Positions 32,253 through 41,588 of a stretch of 64,000 nt of DNA are shown here, one piece after another. The translations under genes were made by a program, and so were the position numbers. Origin of the DNA: an uncultured delta proteobacterium (GTDB lineage Bacteria > Myxococcota_A > Polyangia > Polyangiales > Polyangiaceae); assembly GCA_963696385.1 (NCBI GenBank), contig CAVOKF010000008.1, positions 320,001 through 384,000 of the forward strand. The letters run 5' to 3'. Each line of letters starts with the position of its first letter. Positions within the stretch are counted from its first letter, which is position 1. The notes under the pieces were generated by a model that saw only the letters and a program-made list of their open reading frames with translations, did no database searches and was not told the DNA's origin.

Positions 32253-32281
32253 CGGCCCGCCCATCCGACCAAACCGAGCGA

Positions 32282-32308
32282 GTCCAACGACTTGAAATGT
32301 CGTCGGAC
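32282..32308 (-). terminator. Hairpin directly downstream of tRNA-Pro, between convergent genes
   Basis: gtccaacgac-ttgaaat-gtcgtcggac, a 10-bp stem with one G-U on the minus strand; no clear U tract. Confidence 0.4.
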
Positions 32309-32311
32309 CCA

Positions 32312-32387
<76 letters not shown>

Positions 32388-32532
32388 AGCATGCCCCGTG
32401 CCCCGTGAGGCGACGGCAGTCGGCGAGGCTAGTCGAGTCTCGCACAGGTGCAAGCGCGGCGACGACGGCATCGCGGCCACACCGCGGAACGCGCGATGGG
32501 GTCTCGGGACCCAGGTGAGCGAACCTCGAGGG

Positions 32533-35109
32533 TCACCGGCCGAGTGCGCGGCCGTCGCCGTCGGCGTCGATCCAAATCGCGCCCGTCATGGCCCAGGGAG
32601 CGATTTCGGCGTTCGAGGAAGACGCGAGTACGGGCGTCATCGGTTGGGTGCCCGACGCGATGACGACGATCGCGTCGTCGGCGGGCACTCGCACGACGAA
32701 CGCGACATCGGCCGCCATCGCGCCGGCCGGCGTCGGCCTCAGGACGATAGGCTTGATTTGGACGTCGGCCGGCGCCGTAGCGCGGAGCACCCGGACCTGG
32801 TCGACCGCCACCCACGGCGCGCTCTCGACATGAACCTTCACTTCGACCGTGCGTCCGCGGGCCATGCCGCCGACCGTGGCCCCATTGGCCGAGACGCGCA
32901 TCATAGGACCGTTCGTCAGGACCACGTCGCGCTTCGTCTTGACTCCATGCACGACGTCTTGCGTGCGGTCGGCGTCCCACGCATCGAGCCGACCGTCGTC
33001 GCTCACGCGCACGTACGTCCGTGGATATCCCGCCTCCTGGCCGACTATCCCATGGGTGTCCGTATCGGCAGTGGGCGTGACGACGTGACCGGCCCGGATG
33101 AGAGCCAGGTAGTCGAGCAGCACCTGGGCCCTCGCGTCGACATTGCGACCGTTCCACACTTCGACGGCATCAAAGCCCGAGTCGTACGCTGGATTCGTCC
33201 CCGCCCCAGAGTCGCGGTCGAACGCCAACTGTTCGAAGTAACCGTTGGTTGGGGAACGAGGATGATTGATCTGCACGACGATGTCGCCCGCCGAGGCTCG
33301 ACGCAACTGATCGAAGACTTGTCCGGGCAAGCGGTCGCGGACCGGCGGCGCCCCGCCCCGCGGTTTGCTGTCGTCGACCTCGAGCGGCCAGACATTGGCG
33401 TGACCCCACGGGGTTCGGCTCGCATCGCTCGTCAACTCGTCGCCAGAAACCGAGACCAGGTCGTGCTCCAAGTGCATTTCGCGCACGATCGCCTCGAAAT
33501 TCGCGACGACGTTGTGCTCGGTGGCCACCGCCAGCTCGACTCCCTCGGCGGCGTTGGCCACCACGCGATCGCGGGTGCCGACGGGAGCGTCCGTGCCGAT
33601 CATGGTGTGTTGGTGGAAGTCGCAGGCGATGTAGCCCGTCGTATCGACGACACGAACCAATGTCAGCTCCAGGTCCTTTCGCTCTCCAGGCGCGAGGGTC
33701 ATGTCGCCGTGGGCCAGCGCGAACTCGGGGCCGCGCGACGCCGTCACCCGGTAGCTGCCGTACGCCAGCGCCAGGTCGACGATTCCGTCGGCGGTCGTGG
33801 CCTGATTGCCCGCCGGGCCCGCGACGTGACGTGGACCGAAGTCGGGCACCGGCCCTCCGTCCGTGCGCTCGAACGTCAGCTTGCAAGGCATCGCGACGCC
33901 CGCCGTGTCCGCGCATCTCACGCGCGCGGACGCTGGCCCGACCACGGACAATTGCGCATGGCTCGACGCATTCGGGGTGATGTCCACGGCGGCCGAATCG
34001 CTGCCCGTGAGGCCTCCGCCGCCCGCATACGCCAGAGTCCAATGGCCGGGCGGAAGATCGGCGTGCAGCCGCGGGGGCGTGCCCGCTGCGTGGATGGTGA
34101 GCACCTCGGCTCCGCCGCCATCGCGCACCGACAGCCACGCGTCGGGCGGAACGTCGACCGGGGGATCCCCGGTACACAGAGCCATCTTGGGACACAATCT
34201 TGGTCGAAGCGCGACGTCGACCGCGCCCACTTTCTGACCGGCCGCCCGGGCAAGCTCCGCCACCAGGCTCGCGGTGTCGGCTCGCTCGCCGACGATGAAC
34301 ACGCGCGCAAACCTCGTCCTTTCGCGAGGGCCGATGTGCACGGACTTGCGTTGCACCGTGTCGGTCCACGAACTGCCGCTGGTCGCATCGAGGTCCCCCT
34401 CGGCCGCCGCGATGGCATAGCTCGTGAATCGCCCGACGCCGCCGACGTACGGTCCGTTCGAGGCCCCCTTGAAACCTTTCGGCTTACCCGGGGCGACCTT
34501 TTCGGCCCCCCCCCACTCGATGGCATCTCCCAACCCGGGAATCTCGATCGTCGTATCGCCCGTGTTTTCCAGGGTCGTCTCGATGACCACGGCGCGATCG
34601 GTCGGATGAAGCGTGTACCGCGTCGATACGGCAAGCGTGGGCTCGTAGAGCTCCGGGCCGGCCGCTTCGACCCAGGCGCTCCCATCCTCGGTCACGCCGG
34701 TCGCGAGCTTGTCGTAGACGCCCTGTCGCGGGAACTTGCCGAAGTACGTAAACTGCTGCCCGAGCTCGTCTTTTCTCACGCGCGCGTCGGCCGCGTCGAG
34801 GATGCTGCCACCGCTCTCCGTGAATCCTGCGCTCGACCCGAGTCGACCGATCACGACGACGATTTGATCGTTGTCGAGGATCCAATCGCCGGGCCGGCCG
34901 ATGGCGTTCGGCCCACCGAGCTGCTCGCCCTCGCCCATGACGTGCACTCGCGATGGATGAGTCCCCTCCCCTAGAATCGCCGACAATCGCGAAGCCGCGC
35001 CGGGGACCACATGAATCAGCGGCGTGTAGTCTTGCGGGCCAGCGCAGGCGCCCGCCCCCAGGCCTACGCATGCTGCCAACCACAGCGGAGCGGCGCGCCG
35101 GGGTGCCAT
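32533..35109 (-). CDS. PHP-like (CehA/McbA-type) metallohydrolase, probable lipoprotein
   Basis: Lipobox-like AGAC; DFHQHT, ATEHN, GHAN, INHPR, EVWNG, DTDTH, TNGP. Confidence 0.8.
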   Translation of the reverse strand: MAPRRAAPLWLAACVGLGAGACAGPQDYTPLIHVVPGAASRLSAILGEGTHPSRVHVMGEGEQLGGPNAIGRPGDWILDNDQIVVVIGRLGSSAGFTESGGSILDAADARVRKDELGQQFTYFGKFPRQGVYDKLATGVTEDGSAWVEAAGPELYEPTLAVSTRYTLHPTDRAVVIETTLENTGDTTIEIPGLGDAIEWGGAEKVAPGKPKGFKGASNGPYVGGVGRFTSYAIAAAEGDLDATSGSSWTDTVQRKSVHIGPRERTRFARVFIVGERADTASLVAELARAAGQKVGAVDVALRPRLCPKMALCTGDPPVDVPPDAWLSVRDGGGAEVLTIHAAGTPPRLHADLPPGHWTLAYAGGGGLTGSDSAAVDITPNASSHAQLSVVGPASARVRCADTAGVAMPCKLTFERTDGGPVPDFGPRHVAGPAGNQATTADGIVDLALAYGSYRVTASRGPEFALAHGDMTLAPGERKDLELTLVRVVDTTGYIACDFHQHTMIGTDAPVGTRDRVVANAAEGVELAVATEHNVVANFEAIVREMHLEHDLVSVSGDELTSDASRTPWGHANVWPLEVDDSKPRGGAPPVRDRLPGQVFDQLRRASAGDIVVQINHPRSPTNGYFEQLAFDRDSGAGTNPAYDSGFDAVEVWNGRNVDARAQVLLDYLALIRAGHVVTPTADTDTHGIVGQEAGYPRTYVRVSDDGRLDAWDADRTQDVVHGVKTKRDVVLTNGPMMRVSANGATVGGMARGRTVEVKVHVESAPWVAVDQVRVLRATAPADVQIKPIVLRPTPAGAMAADVAFVVRVPADDAIVVIASGTQPMTPVLASSSNAEIAPWAMTGAIWIDADGDGRALGR

Positions 35110-35115
35110 CGGCGT

Positions 35116-36285
35116 TCAACGCACCGATCGCTCGGCCAGAAGCCGAGCCACCGCCTGCGCCTTCGGAACGAGCGACGATGTCTCGATGCATTCCTCGGTC
35201 GTGTGGAACCCGGAACCGCGGGGACCGAGACCGTCGATCGCGGGAACGCCCAGAGCGCTCGCCGTGCTCGCATCGCTGCCGCCGCCGATGAGCGGCGCCT
35301 CGCCCTGCCCGAGACCGTGTGCGCCCGCGCACGCCGCGTATTCCGCCATGAGCCGTGCGCTCGCCTCGGATCGCTCGAGCGGCATGCGAGCGACGCCGCC
35401 CTCGAGATCGATGCGCGTCCCGGGCACGGAAGCGGCGGCCTCGTCGGCGACGCGCCTTAGGGCCGCGATCAGGCGCTCGCCGTCGGCCCGCGTGCTGAAG
35501 CGCAAGTCGACCTGGGCCTCGGCACGATCCGGCACGGTGTTCTTGCCGTGACCCCCGGCCACGCGGCCCACGTTCACGGTAAAGCCCCTCGAGTAGTCCG
35601 TCAGCCGCTCTGCACCATCGATGAAGCGCGCGAGCGCCCAGATCGCATTCGCGCCGTCCGCATGGGCATTGCCCGCATGGGCGGCCCGGCCGCGCGCAAT
35701 GGCCGAGAGTCCACCGGTACCCTTTCGGCGAGTGATGATGGCGTCGCCGTTGCGGCCGGCTTCGAACACGAGACACCCGCTCGAACCCGTAATCGTCGCG
35801 GCGATGACCCCCTGACCTTCGGGGGAGCCGACCTCCTCGTCGCTTACGATCACGACACGGACGGGCACAACGGCATCGAGCCCGCCGGTCGCGGCGAGCG
35901 CCTTCAGAGCGAACGCCATGACGACCAGACCGCCCTTCATGTCCAGAACACCCGGACCCCGGGCGATCACCCCGTCACACCGGTACCCCTCGAACACTCC
36001 GGGCGGAAACACCGTGTCGAGGTGGCCAACGAGCGCGACGGCCTCGTGATTGGGAAGGCGTGGGTGCGTGCGAAACACCAAGTGGTCCGCGAAACGCTCG
36101 CTCGTACGCGTCGTCGACTCGATGCCGGGCACGGCGAACAGATCGCCGATGAGCGTCCCGATCTTTCGCCCGCCCTCGGGATTGTCGGTAAACGAGTTGA
36201 TGCCGACGAGCTGCCCGAGCGCCTGCTCCATTGCGGGCTGCTGGTCCGACAGCCAACCCGTGGCCTCGTCCGCGCGCGACGCCAT
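35116..36285 (-). CDS. M20-family metallopeptidase (carboxypeptidase G2-like)
   Basis: GHLDTV, GPGVLDMKGG, SDEEVGS, AHAG, GGGSD, DGLG..G..HT..E. Confidence 0.9.
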   Translation of the reverse strand: MASRADEATGWLSDQQPAMEQALGQLVGINSFTDNPEGGRKIGTLIGDLFAVPGIESTTRTSERFADHLVFRTHPRLPNHEAVALVGHLDTVFPPGVFEGYRCDGVIARGPGVLDMKGGLVVMAFALKALAATGGLDAVVPVRVVIVSDEEVGSPEGQGVIAATITGSSGCLVFEAGRNGDAIITRRKGTGGLSAIARGRAAHAGNAHADGANAIWALARFIDGAERLTDYSRGFTVNVGRVAGGHGKNTVPDRAEAQVDLRFSTRADGERLIAALRRVADEAAASVPGTRIDLEGGVARMPLERSEASARLMAEYAACAGAHGLGQGEAPLIGGGSDASTASALGVPAIDGLGPRGSGFHTTEECIETSSLVPKAQAVARLLAERSVR

Positions 36286-36339
36286 CGTCCGAGAAGGCTA
36301 GCACCTTCGGCCTCGGCGAAGAGCGCTATAGTCTCGCCC

Positions 36340-37407
36340 ATGAGCCCAACCGCCAAACGCTTCCGGGCCGCAGTCGTCGGCGGAAGCGGGTACGGCGGCG
36401 CAGAGCTCATACGCCGGTTGCTCGTCCATCCCGAGGTCGAGCTCGCGCGGGTGGCATCCATCGATTTCGTGGGCGCCCCGCTGTCGGAGGTCCACCCGAA
36501 CCTCGAAGGCCGGACGACGCTGACGTTCGAAGCCCTTTCCCCCGCCCAAGCCGCGAAGGACATGGACGTGGTGCTGCTCGGCCTACCCCACAAAGTCAGC
36601 GCGCAGGCGATGGGAGAGATCCTGCCGAGCGGCGCGCGCGTCGTGGATTTGTCCGGCGACTTTCGACTACGGGACCCCGCGGCCTACGAGAAGTACTACG
36701 GCGCAAAGCACCCGCGTCCGGCCGACCTGACGAACGCAATCTTCGTCTACGGCCTCCCCGAGATCCATCGACACCTCATCCGCCATGCGCGCTACGTCGC
36801 TTCGCCGGGGTGCTTCGCCACGACCATCGAGCTTGCGCTCTTGCCCCTGGCGCGCCACGGTCTGCTGGCCGGCCCCGTCGAGATCGTGGCGATTACCGGA
36901 TCGAGCGGCAGCGGGGTCGCGCCGAGCGCCGCGACGCACCATCCCGTCCGGGCCAACAATCTGAAGACGTACAAGCCACTCGAGCACCAGCACGTCCCGG
37001 AGATCGAACAAGCTCTCTCGGAGGCGGGGGCCAAGGATCTGACGTTGCGATTCGTGCCGGTGAGCGCGCCGCTCGTCCGAGGTATTTTTGCCACGTGCTT
37101 CGCGCACGTCGACGAACGGGTGCCTGCGGCGACGATCGGCGGACTGGCGGCGAAGACCTACGCCGGCGAGCCGTTCGTCCGCGTGCCGTCCAAGCGGCTG
37201 CCGGAGGTCGCCGCGGTCAAGGGCACCAACTACGCCGAGGTGAGTATCCTGGTGGGCGACGTACGCGACGGCAAGCGGCTCGTCACGTGCTTTGCCGCCA
37301 CCGACAACCTGATTAAGGGCGGCGCCGGCCAAGCCATTCAGTCGATGAACCTGATGTTGGGGCTCGACGAAAGGCTTACCCTCGACGACCCGGGCGGCTG
37401 GCCGTGA
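36340..37407 (+). CDS. argC: N-acetyl-gamma-glutamyl-phosphate reductase
   Basis: GGSGYGG, DLSGDFRL, YGLPE, PGCFAT, DNLIKGGAGQA. Confidence 0.95.
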   Translation: MSPTAKRFRAAVVGGSGYGGAELIRRLLVHPEVELARVASIDFVGAPLSEVHPNLEGRTTLTFEALSPAQAAKDMDVVLLGLPHKVSAQAMGEILPSGARVVDLSGDFRLRDPAAYEKYYGAKHPRPADLTNAIFVYGLPEIHRHLIRHARYVASPGCFATTIELALLPLARHGLLAGPVEIVAITGSSGSGVAPSAATHHPVRANNLKTYKPLEHQHVPEIEQALSEAGAKDLTLRFVPVSAPLVRGIFATCFAHVDERVPAATIGGLAAKTYAGEPFVRVPSKRLPEVAAVKGTNYAEVSILVGDVRDGKRLVTCFAATDNLIKGGAGQAIQSMNLMLGLDERLTLDDPGGWP

Positions 37408-37414
37408 GCCTCCG

Positions 37415-38233
37415 ATGACCGGTGGCATTCTCGTCAAGATTGGCGGTGAAGTCGTCGATTCGCCGACGATGACGGCTCTTGCGAGCGATATCGCCGGCCT
37501 GCGGAATCGGGGCGAGCCCGTCGTGGTCGTGCACGGCGGGGGGCCGCAGGTCACCCAGCTGCAGCGAAGGCTCGGCCAGACGCCGGCGATCGTCGGGGGA
37601 CGACGCATCACCGACGCCGCGACGCTCGAAGTCATCAAGATGGTCGTCGCAGGAAAGGTCAACGTGGACGCTTGCGCGGCCCTCATCGCTGCGGGCGCCT
37701 GGCCGGTGGGACTGCACGGAGCGAGCGCCCTCGTCATCGAAGCCGCAAAGCGCCCCCCGCGCGTCGTGACCGGAGCAGGGCCCGATCCCATCGATTTCGG
37801 TCATGTCGGCGACATCACGTCCGTCAACGGCAAGCTCATCTCGCTTCTGACCGACGCGGGCTACGTCCCGGTCATCGCGTGCCTGGGCGCCGACGCCCAG
37901 GGGCGCGTGTACAACATCAACGCCGACACCGTGGCGACCCGAATCGCAAGGGCGATCGACGCCCGAGCTCTCATCCTCGTCAGCGACGTCGCCGGCGTCT
38001 TGCGCGACGTATCGGACCCGAGCTCGCGCATCGCGCGCCTCACCGCCGGGGACGCCAGGCGAGCCATCGCGGACGGAACCATCCGCGGAGGCATGATTCC
38101 GAAGATCGAGGAGTCGCTCTCCGCGCTCGCCCACGGCGTTCGCGCCGTGCACATCGTCGGCCAGGTTCGGAAGGGGGACCTCGCACGCGAGGTGTCCGAG
38201 CCGGGGAGCCTGGGCACAATCGTCACGCCCTAG
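37415..38233 (+). CDS. argB: Acetylglutamate kinase
   Basis: VKIGG, VHGGGPQ, RRITD, NINAD, GGMIPK. Confidence 0.93.
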   Translation: MTGGILVKIGGEVVDSPTMTALASDIAGLRNRGEPVVVVHGGGPQVTQLQRRLGQTPAIVGGRRITDAATLEVIKMVVAGKVNVDACAALIAAGAWPVGLHGASALVIEAAKRPPRVVTGAGPDPIDFGHVGDITSVNGKLISLLTDAGYVPVIACLGADAQGRVYNINADTVATRIARAIDARALILVSDVAGVLRDVSDPSSRIARLTAGDARRAIADGTIRGGMIPKIEESLSALAHGVRAVHIVGQVRKGDLAREVSEPGSLGTIVTP

Positions 38234-38269
38234 CCCGTGTTTGCCGCTTTTGCGGGGGTCCTAAGCGCT

Positions 38270-38287
38270 CTGGGGCGGTGTACTTAG
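38270..38287. repeat. Remnant of the GTAC-core dispersed element
   Basis: ctggggcggtgtacttag matches ctggagcggtgtacttag at 53821-53838 (17/18). Confidence 0.55.
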
Positions 38288-38296
38288 ACCGGTCCT

Positions 38297-38950
38297 ATGG
38301 TACGCCCATTCGCCGTGCGCATCGTCATTTGCGACGTCGGGCTCGGAAATCTCCGCAGCGTCGAGCGAGCCCTGCAAGAAGCGTCGCGCGGTCGCAGCGA
38401 TCGAGTCGAAGTGACGAGCGATCCCGCGCGCGCCGCGGGCGCGGACAAGATCGTCGTCCCCGGTCAGGGCGCATTCGGGGATTGCATGCGAGCGCTGTCT
38501 CCCGGATTGGGTGAGACCCTGGTCGCCCATCTCGCGGCCGAGCGGCCTTATCTCGGAATTTGTCTCGGCCTTCAAATCCTTTTCGGCAAAAGCGAAGAGG
38601 CGCCCGGATGCGGCGGTCTCGGCGTGCTCGAAGGCGAGGTCGTCCGGCTGGGTGGTGGCGTCGATCCGATGACGGGTGCGCCCTTCAAGATTCCGCACAT
38701 CGGGTGGAACTCGGCCGACCCCGTCCTGCCGGCCGACCGGCGATCGTTGCTCCGCGGATCCCAGCACTTCTACTTCGTGCACAGCTTTGCCGTCGCTCCG
38801 CGAGACGCGTCGGTCGTCGCGGCCACGACCGACTACGGAGCGCGCTTCGTCAGTGCCGTGGCGTTCGGCAACGTGTTCGCCTGCCAGTTTCACCCCGAGA
38901 AGAGCCAACGGGCCGGGATCGCGCTGCTCGAGAGGTTCGTCGCGTCGTGA
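38297..38950 (+). CDS. hisH: Imidazole glycerol phosphate synthase glutaminase subunit
   Basis: GNLRSV, PGQGAF, LGICLGLQ, PHIGWN, YFVHS, QFHPEKS; alternative start GTG 38315. Confidence 0.95.
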   Translation: MVRPFAVRIVICDVGLGNLRSVERALQEASRGRSDRVEVTSDPARAAGADKIVVPGQGAFGDCMRALSPGLGETLVAHLAAERPYLGICLGLQILFGKSEEAPGCGGLGVLEGEVVRLGGGVDPMTGAPFKIPHIGWNSADPVLPADRRSLLRGSQHFYFVHSFAVAPRDASVVAATTDYGARFVSAVAFGNVFACQFHPEKSQRAGIALLERFVAS

Positions 38951-39687
38951 TCGTCATTCCCGCTATCGACGTTCTGGGCGGCAAGGCGGTGCGATTGCAT
39001 CAGGGCCGCTACGATGCCGTCACGGTGTACGAAGAGGACCCGGCCGCCCGGGCGCGATCCTGGCGCGGTCTCGTACCGTGGCTCCACGTCGTCGATCTCG
39101 AAGGGGCTCGAGACGGCCTTCCGGTGCAGCGCGACGTGCTGCGCCGCGTCGCCGAGGCGTTCGGGCCCGACGTGCAGGTCGGGGGTGGCGTCCGTACGCG
39201 CGAGACGTTCGAGGGGTACTTGTCGCTGGGGGCGGCGCGCGTGGTCCTCGGGTCCGCCGCGGTCAAAGACGCAGGGCTCGTCCGCGAATTGGCCTTCGAG
39301 AGACCCCACGTCGTCGTTCTCGCCGTCGACGCCCGCGACGGTTTCGTTGCGGTGAACGGGTGGACCCAAGCGACCCGCATCGCCGCCGTCGATTTGGTTC
39401 GTTCGTTCGCCGACGTCCCTCTCGCAGCCGTCCTCTATACGGACGTGGCCCGAGACGGCACCCGCGCAGGGCCCAATATCGAGGCCACCGCGGCCCTGGC
39501 CTCTCAGACCCCGGTGCCCGTCATTGCTTCCGGCGGCGTCGGGTCGCTCGACGATCTGCGCGCGCTCGCCGCGCGGGGCATCGCCGCATGCATCGTCGGA
39601 CGTGCCCTCTACGAAGGCACCTTCTCGCTGGAAGAGGCCATCGACGCCGGTCGCGCCGTCTCCACGACTTGCGGGCTGCAACCCTAG
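38947..39687 (+). CDS. hisA: ProFAR isomerase
   Basis: IPAID, LHVVDLEGA, QVGGGVR, YTDVARDG, ASGGV, GRALYEG; GTGA overlap with hisH. Confidence 0.95.
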   Translation: MIVIPAIDVLGGKAVRLHQGRYDAVTVYEEDPAARARSWRGLVPWLHVVDLEGARDGLPVQRDVLRRVAEAFGPDVQVGGGVRTRETFEGYLSLGAARVVLGSAAVKDAGLVRELAFERPHVVVLAVDARDGFVAVNGWTQATRIAAVDLVRSFADVPLAAVLYTDVARDGTRAGPNIEATAALASQTPVPVIASGGVGSLDDLRALAARGIAACIVGRALYEGTFSLEEAIDAGRAVSTTCGLQP

Positions 39688-39784
39688 TACAGCGCCCCTT
39701 TGAACGGTACCGAGCTTCGCTCGGGGGTAGCCTGCTTTGCAGGCTGGCCGCTGTACTAAGATGATTTCCTTGGGGCTTCAGCCC
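39684..39784. repeat. GTAC-core palindromic dispersed element (REP/MITE-like), copy A
   Basis: Terminal IR tagtacagcg/cgctgtacta enclosing two hairpins; closely similar to 53668-53765. Confidence 0.85.
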
Positions 39785-40021
39785 TCACGGCTTCGGTATC
39801 ACCGTCGCTTCGACTTTGGCGCGCTTTCGCCGCCTTCTCGCCGCCTCCGCCTGCTTCTTTCGGCGCTTCACGCTGGGCTTCATGTAGTGGCGACGCATCT
39901 TGAGCTCGCGAAGGACTCCTTCGGAAGCGAGCTTTCGCTTGAGCATCTTGATCGCGCGTTCGATACCGCGGTCGCTGACGACGACTTCCAAAGGCTTACA
40001 TTGAATGGCTTCGCTGGGCAT
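39785..40021 (-). CDS. rpsU: 30S ribosomal protein S21
   Basis: IERAIKMLKRK..EGVLRELKMRRHYMKPSVKRRKK. Confidence 0.93.
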   Translation of the reverse strand: MPSEAIQCKPLEVVVSDRGIERAIKMLKRKLASEGVLRELKMRRHYMKPSVKRRKKQAEAARRRRKRAKVEATVIPKP

Positions 40022-40111
40022 TTCTTCTCCGAAGAATCTATCGCAGACGCGGCGGTTCGCCTCGTATCACGCCGTCCCCCAGCGCGCCAGACGGCGGTGT
40101 GCCCGACGGAC

Positions 40112-40696
40112 TCACCCTTCCTGCGGCGCCGTCGTCGGCGTCGTGCTTTCCTTCTTCTCGACCGGCGGCTTCTTCTCGGTCGGCTTCTTCTCGGCCGACC
40201 GTCCTCGCTTGGCGCGGCGAGGGGCCGGCTTACGAGCCGCCACGCGGGAGCGGCGTCCCCCGGCGCTCGCGGACCGGCCGCCTTTTGCCGAGCCCGACCC
40301 CTTGATGAAATAGGTCGTCGCGCGCTTCTGACCGGACTTGCCGAGAAGACCCGAATCGAGTGCGTCTTTGAGCGGCCGTGGCAGCTCTTTGGCTTGGAGC
40401 CCCAGCTCTTCGCGGATCTGCTCGGCTCGAAGCCCGCTCGGCTGCTGCTTGAGCAGGCCGACGATCCGATCGATCACTTCCGCGATGTCGCCGGGCGAGC
40501 GGCGCGGCAAACGTCCTGCGCGACGCCGACCCCCGAGCCCGCTTGCTCGGGCGGGGGCGCGAGCCGCACCTCGACCCGTGGCCGTCGACGACTCCGTCAG
40601 AAGATCATCCAACGAAGCGCCGCGAATGGCATCGAGCACGCTGGCGGCAAACGTGGTCGCGAGCTCGCTGAGACGATTCCGCAGAGAAGTCGGCAT
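40112..40696 (-). CDS. Basic putative DNA-binding protein (winged-helix-like core, R/K-rich tail)
   Basis: GLRAEQIREELGL..ELPRPL..G.LGKSGQKRATTYF; histone-like C-terminus. Confidence 0.75.
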   Translation of the reverse strand: MPTSLRNRLSELATTFAASVLDAIRGASLDDLLTESSTATGRGAARAPARASGLGGRRRAGRLPRRSPGDIAEVIDRIVGLLKQQPSGLRAEQIREELGLQAKELPRPLKDALDSGLLGKSGQKRATTYFIKGSGSAKGGRSASAGGRRSRVAARKPAPRRAKRGRSAEKKPTEKKPPVEKKESTTPTTAPQEG

Positions 40697-40864
40697 GACG
40701 GACGAGATAAACGTTAATGGCAATTCGCGTCAATGATTTTGTCTTGCCCGAAAAGTCCGATGGCGTCGGTCGGATGGGCGGACGCCCCATCGCTTTGGGA
40801 GTCTTGCCAGTTCGGCCTACGTGCGGCGCTTTTTGGCCCACCGAACCGGTCGAGCTACATAGCG

Positions 40865-40894
40865 CTTTACGCATACTCCCCCTTTACGCATACT
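40865..40894. promoter_or_regulatory. 13-bp perfect direct repeat in a divergent promoter region
   Basis: ctttacgcatact at 40865-40877 and 40882-40894. Confidence 0.45.
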
Positions 40895-40936
40895 TGCGCG
40901 AGGTGCTTTATGCCGCCCGGCGATGTTGGGCGCTGA

Positions 40937-41019
40937 GCCGAAGTGGCGGAATGGCAGACGCAGCGGACTCAAAATCCGCCGTCCTAACGGGCGTGAGGGT
41001 TCGAGTCCCTCCTTCGGTA
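40937..41019 (+). tRNA. tRNA-Leu (CAA), CCA not encoded
   Basis: GCCGAAG/CTTCGGT acceptor stem; GCGGA-CTCAAAA-TCCGC anticodon arm; long variable arm; GGTTCGAGTCC. Confidence 0.95.
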
Positions 41020-41134
41020 CAGACGACTCTTTGTTTTCAAATTCTCAGTACTCCGCAGGGGTTGCCCCCACGCGTTTCGCGCCGATCGCGAAAGCGATGA
41101 CCGATGATCGCTGCGAGCGGTATACTTAGGCCCC

Positions 41135-41431
41135 GTGTTCGAAATCCATCGTCGCCATTCGCTTTCGAAGGACGAAGCGAAGTTGGAGACCGATCGCGTC
41201 GTCAAGGAGATGGAGAACAGGCTCGGTCTATTCGGCTTGGTCGGGCACTGGACAGGCGACACGTTGCGGCTGACCGCCGCCGAAGGGACCGCGCAAGGAA
41301 CGACGGGCCAGGTCGTGGTCGGCGAAGATGCGGTCCACTTCAGGTTGTCGCTGTCGCCCGCGCTCGGGATGATGCGGCGAACCATCGAGGCGGGGGTGGC
41401 ACAATTTCTCAAACGATCGTTTCCCGACTGA
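41135..41431 (+). CDS. Polyhydroxyalkanoic-acid-system (PHA_gran_rgn-like) small protein
   Basis: EIHRRHSLSKDEAK...WTGDTL...GQVVV....V...LSL...L pattern. Confidence 0.7.
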   Translation: MFEIHRRHSLSKDEAKLETDRVVKEMENRLGLFGLVGHWTGDTLRLTAAEGTAQGTTGQVVVGEDAVHFRLSLSPALGMMRRTIEAGVAQFLKRSFPD

Positions 41432-41588
41432 TCCGCGAACGATTTCTCGGCCGAGAATCGGTCTTTCGACGAGGCTCGAGCCTCCCTGCCCTCCGCTTCG
41501 CCGCGACGACCGAGATGCCGAGGTCCAGGCCCCCAGATTCGTCCGGTCGATCGGAGCGACCGGCATTCCCGAGTACACTCGAGTCACG

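Noticed and set aside
32257..32270. 14-bp match (ggtcggatgggcgg) to 40768-40781, near both tRNAs
   Set aside because: Matches of this length are expected by chance in 64 kb of GC-rich DNA
32398..34974. Long antisense or alternate-frame ORFs (also 17151-19418, 23734-25773, 46150-48051, 59822-62233)
   Set aside because: Shadows of real genes caused by stop-codon scarcity in GC-rich DNA; no recognisable motifs
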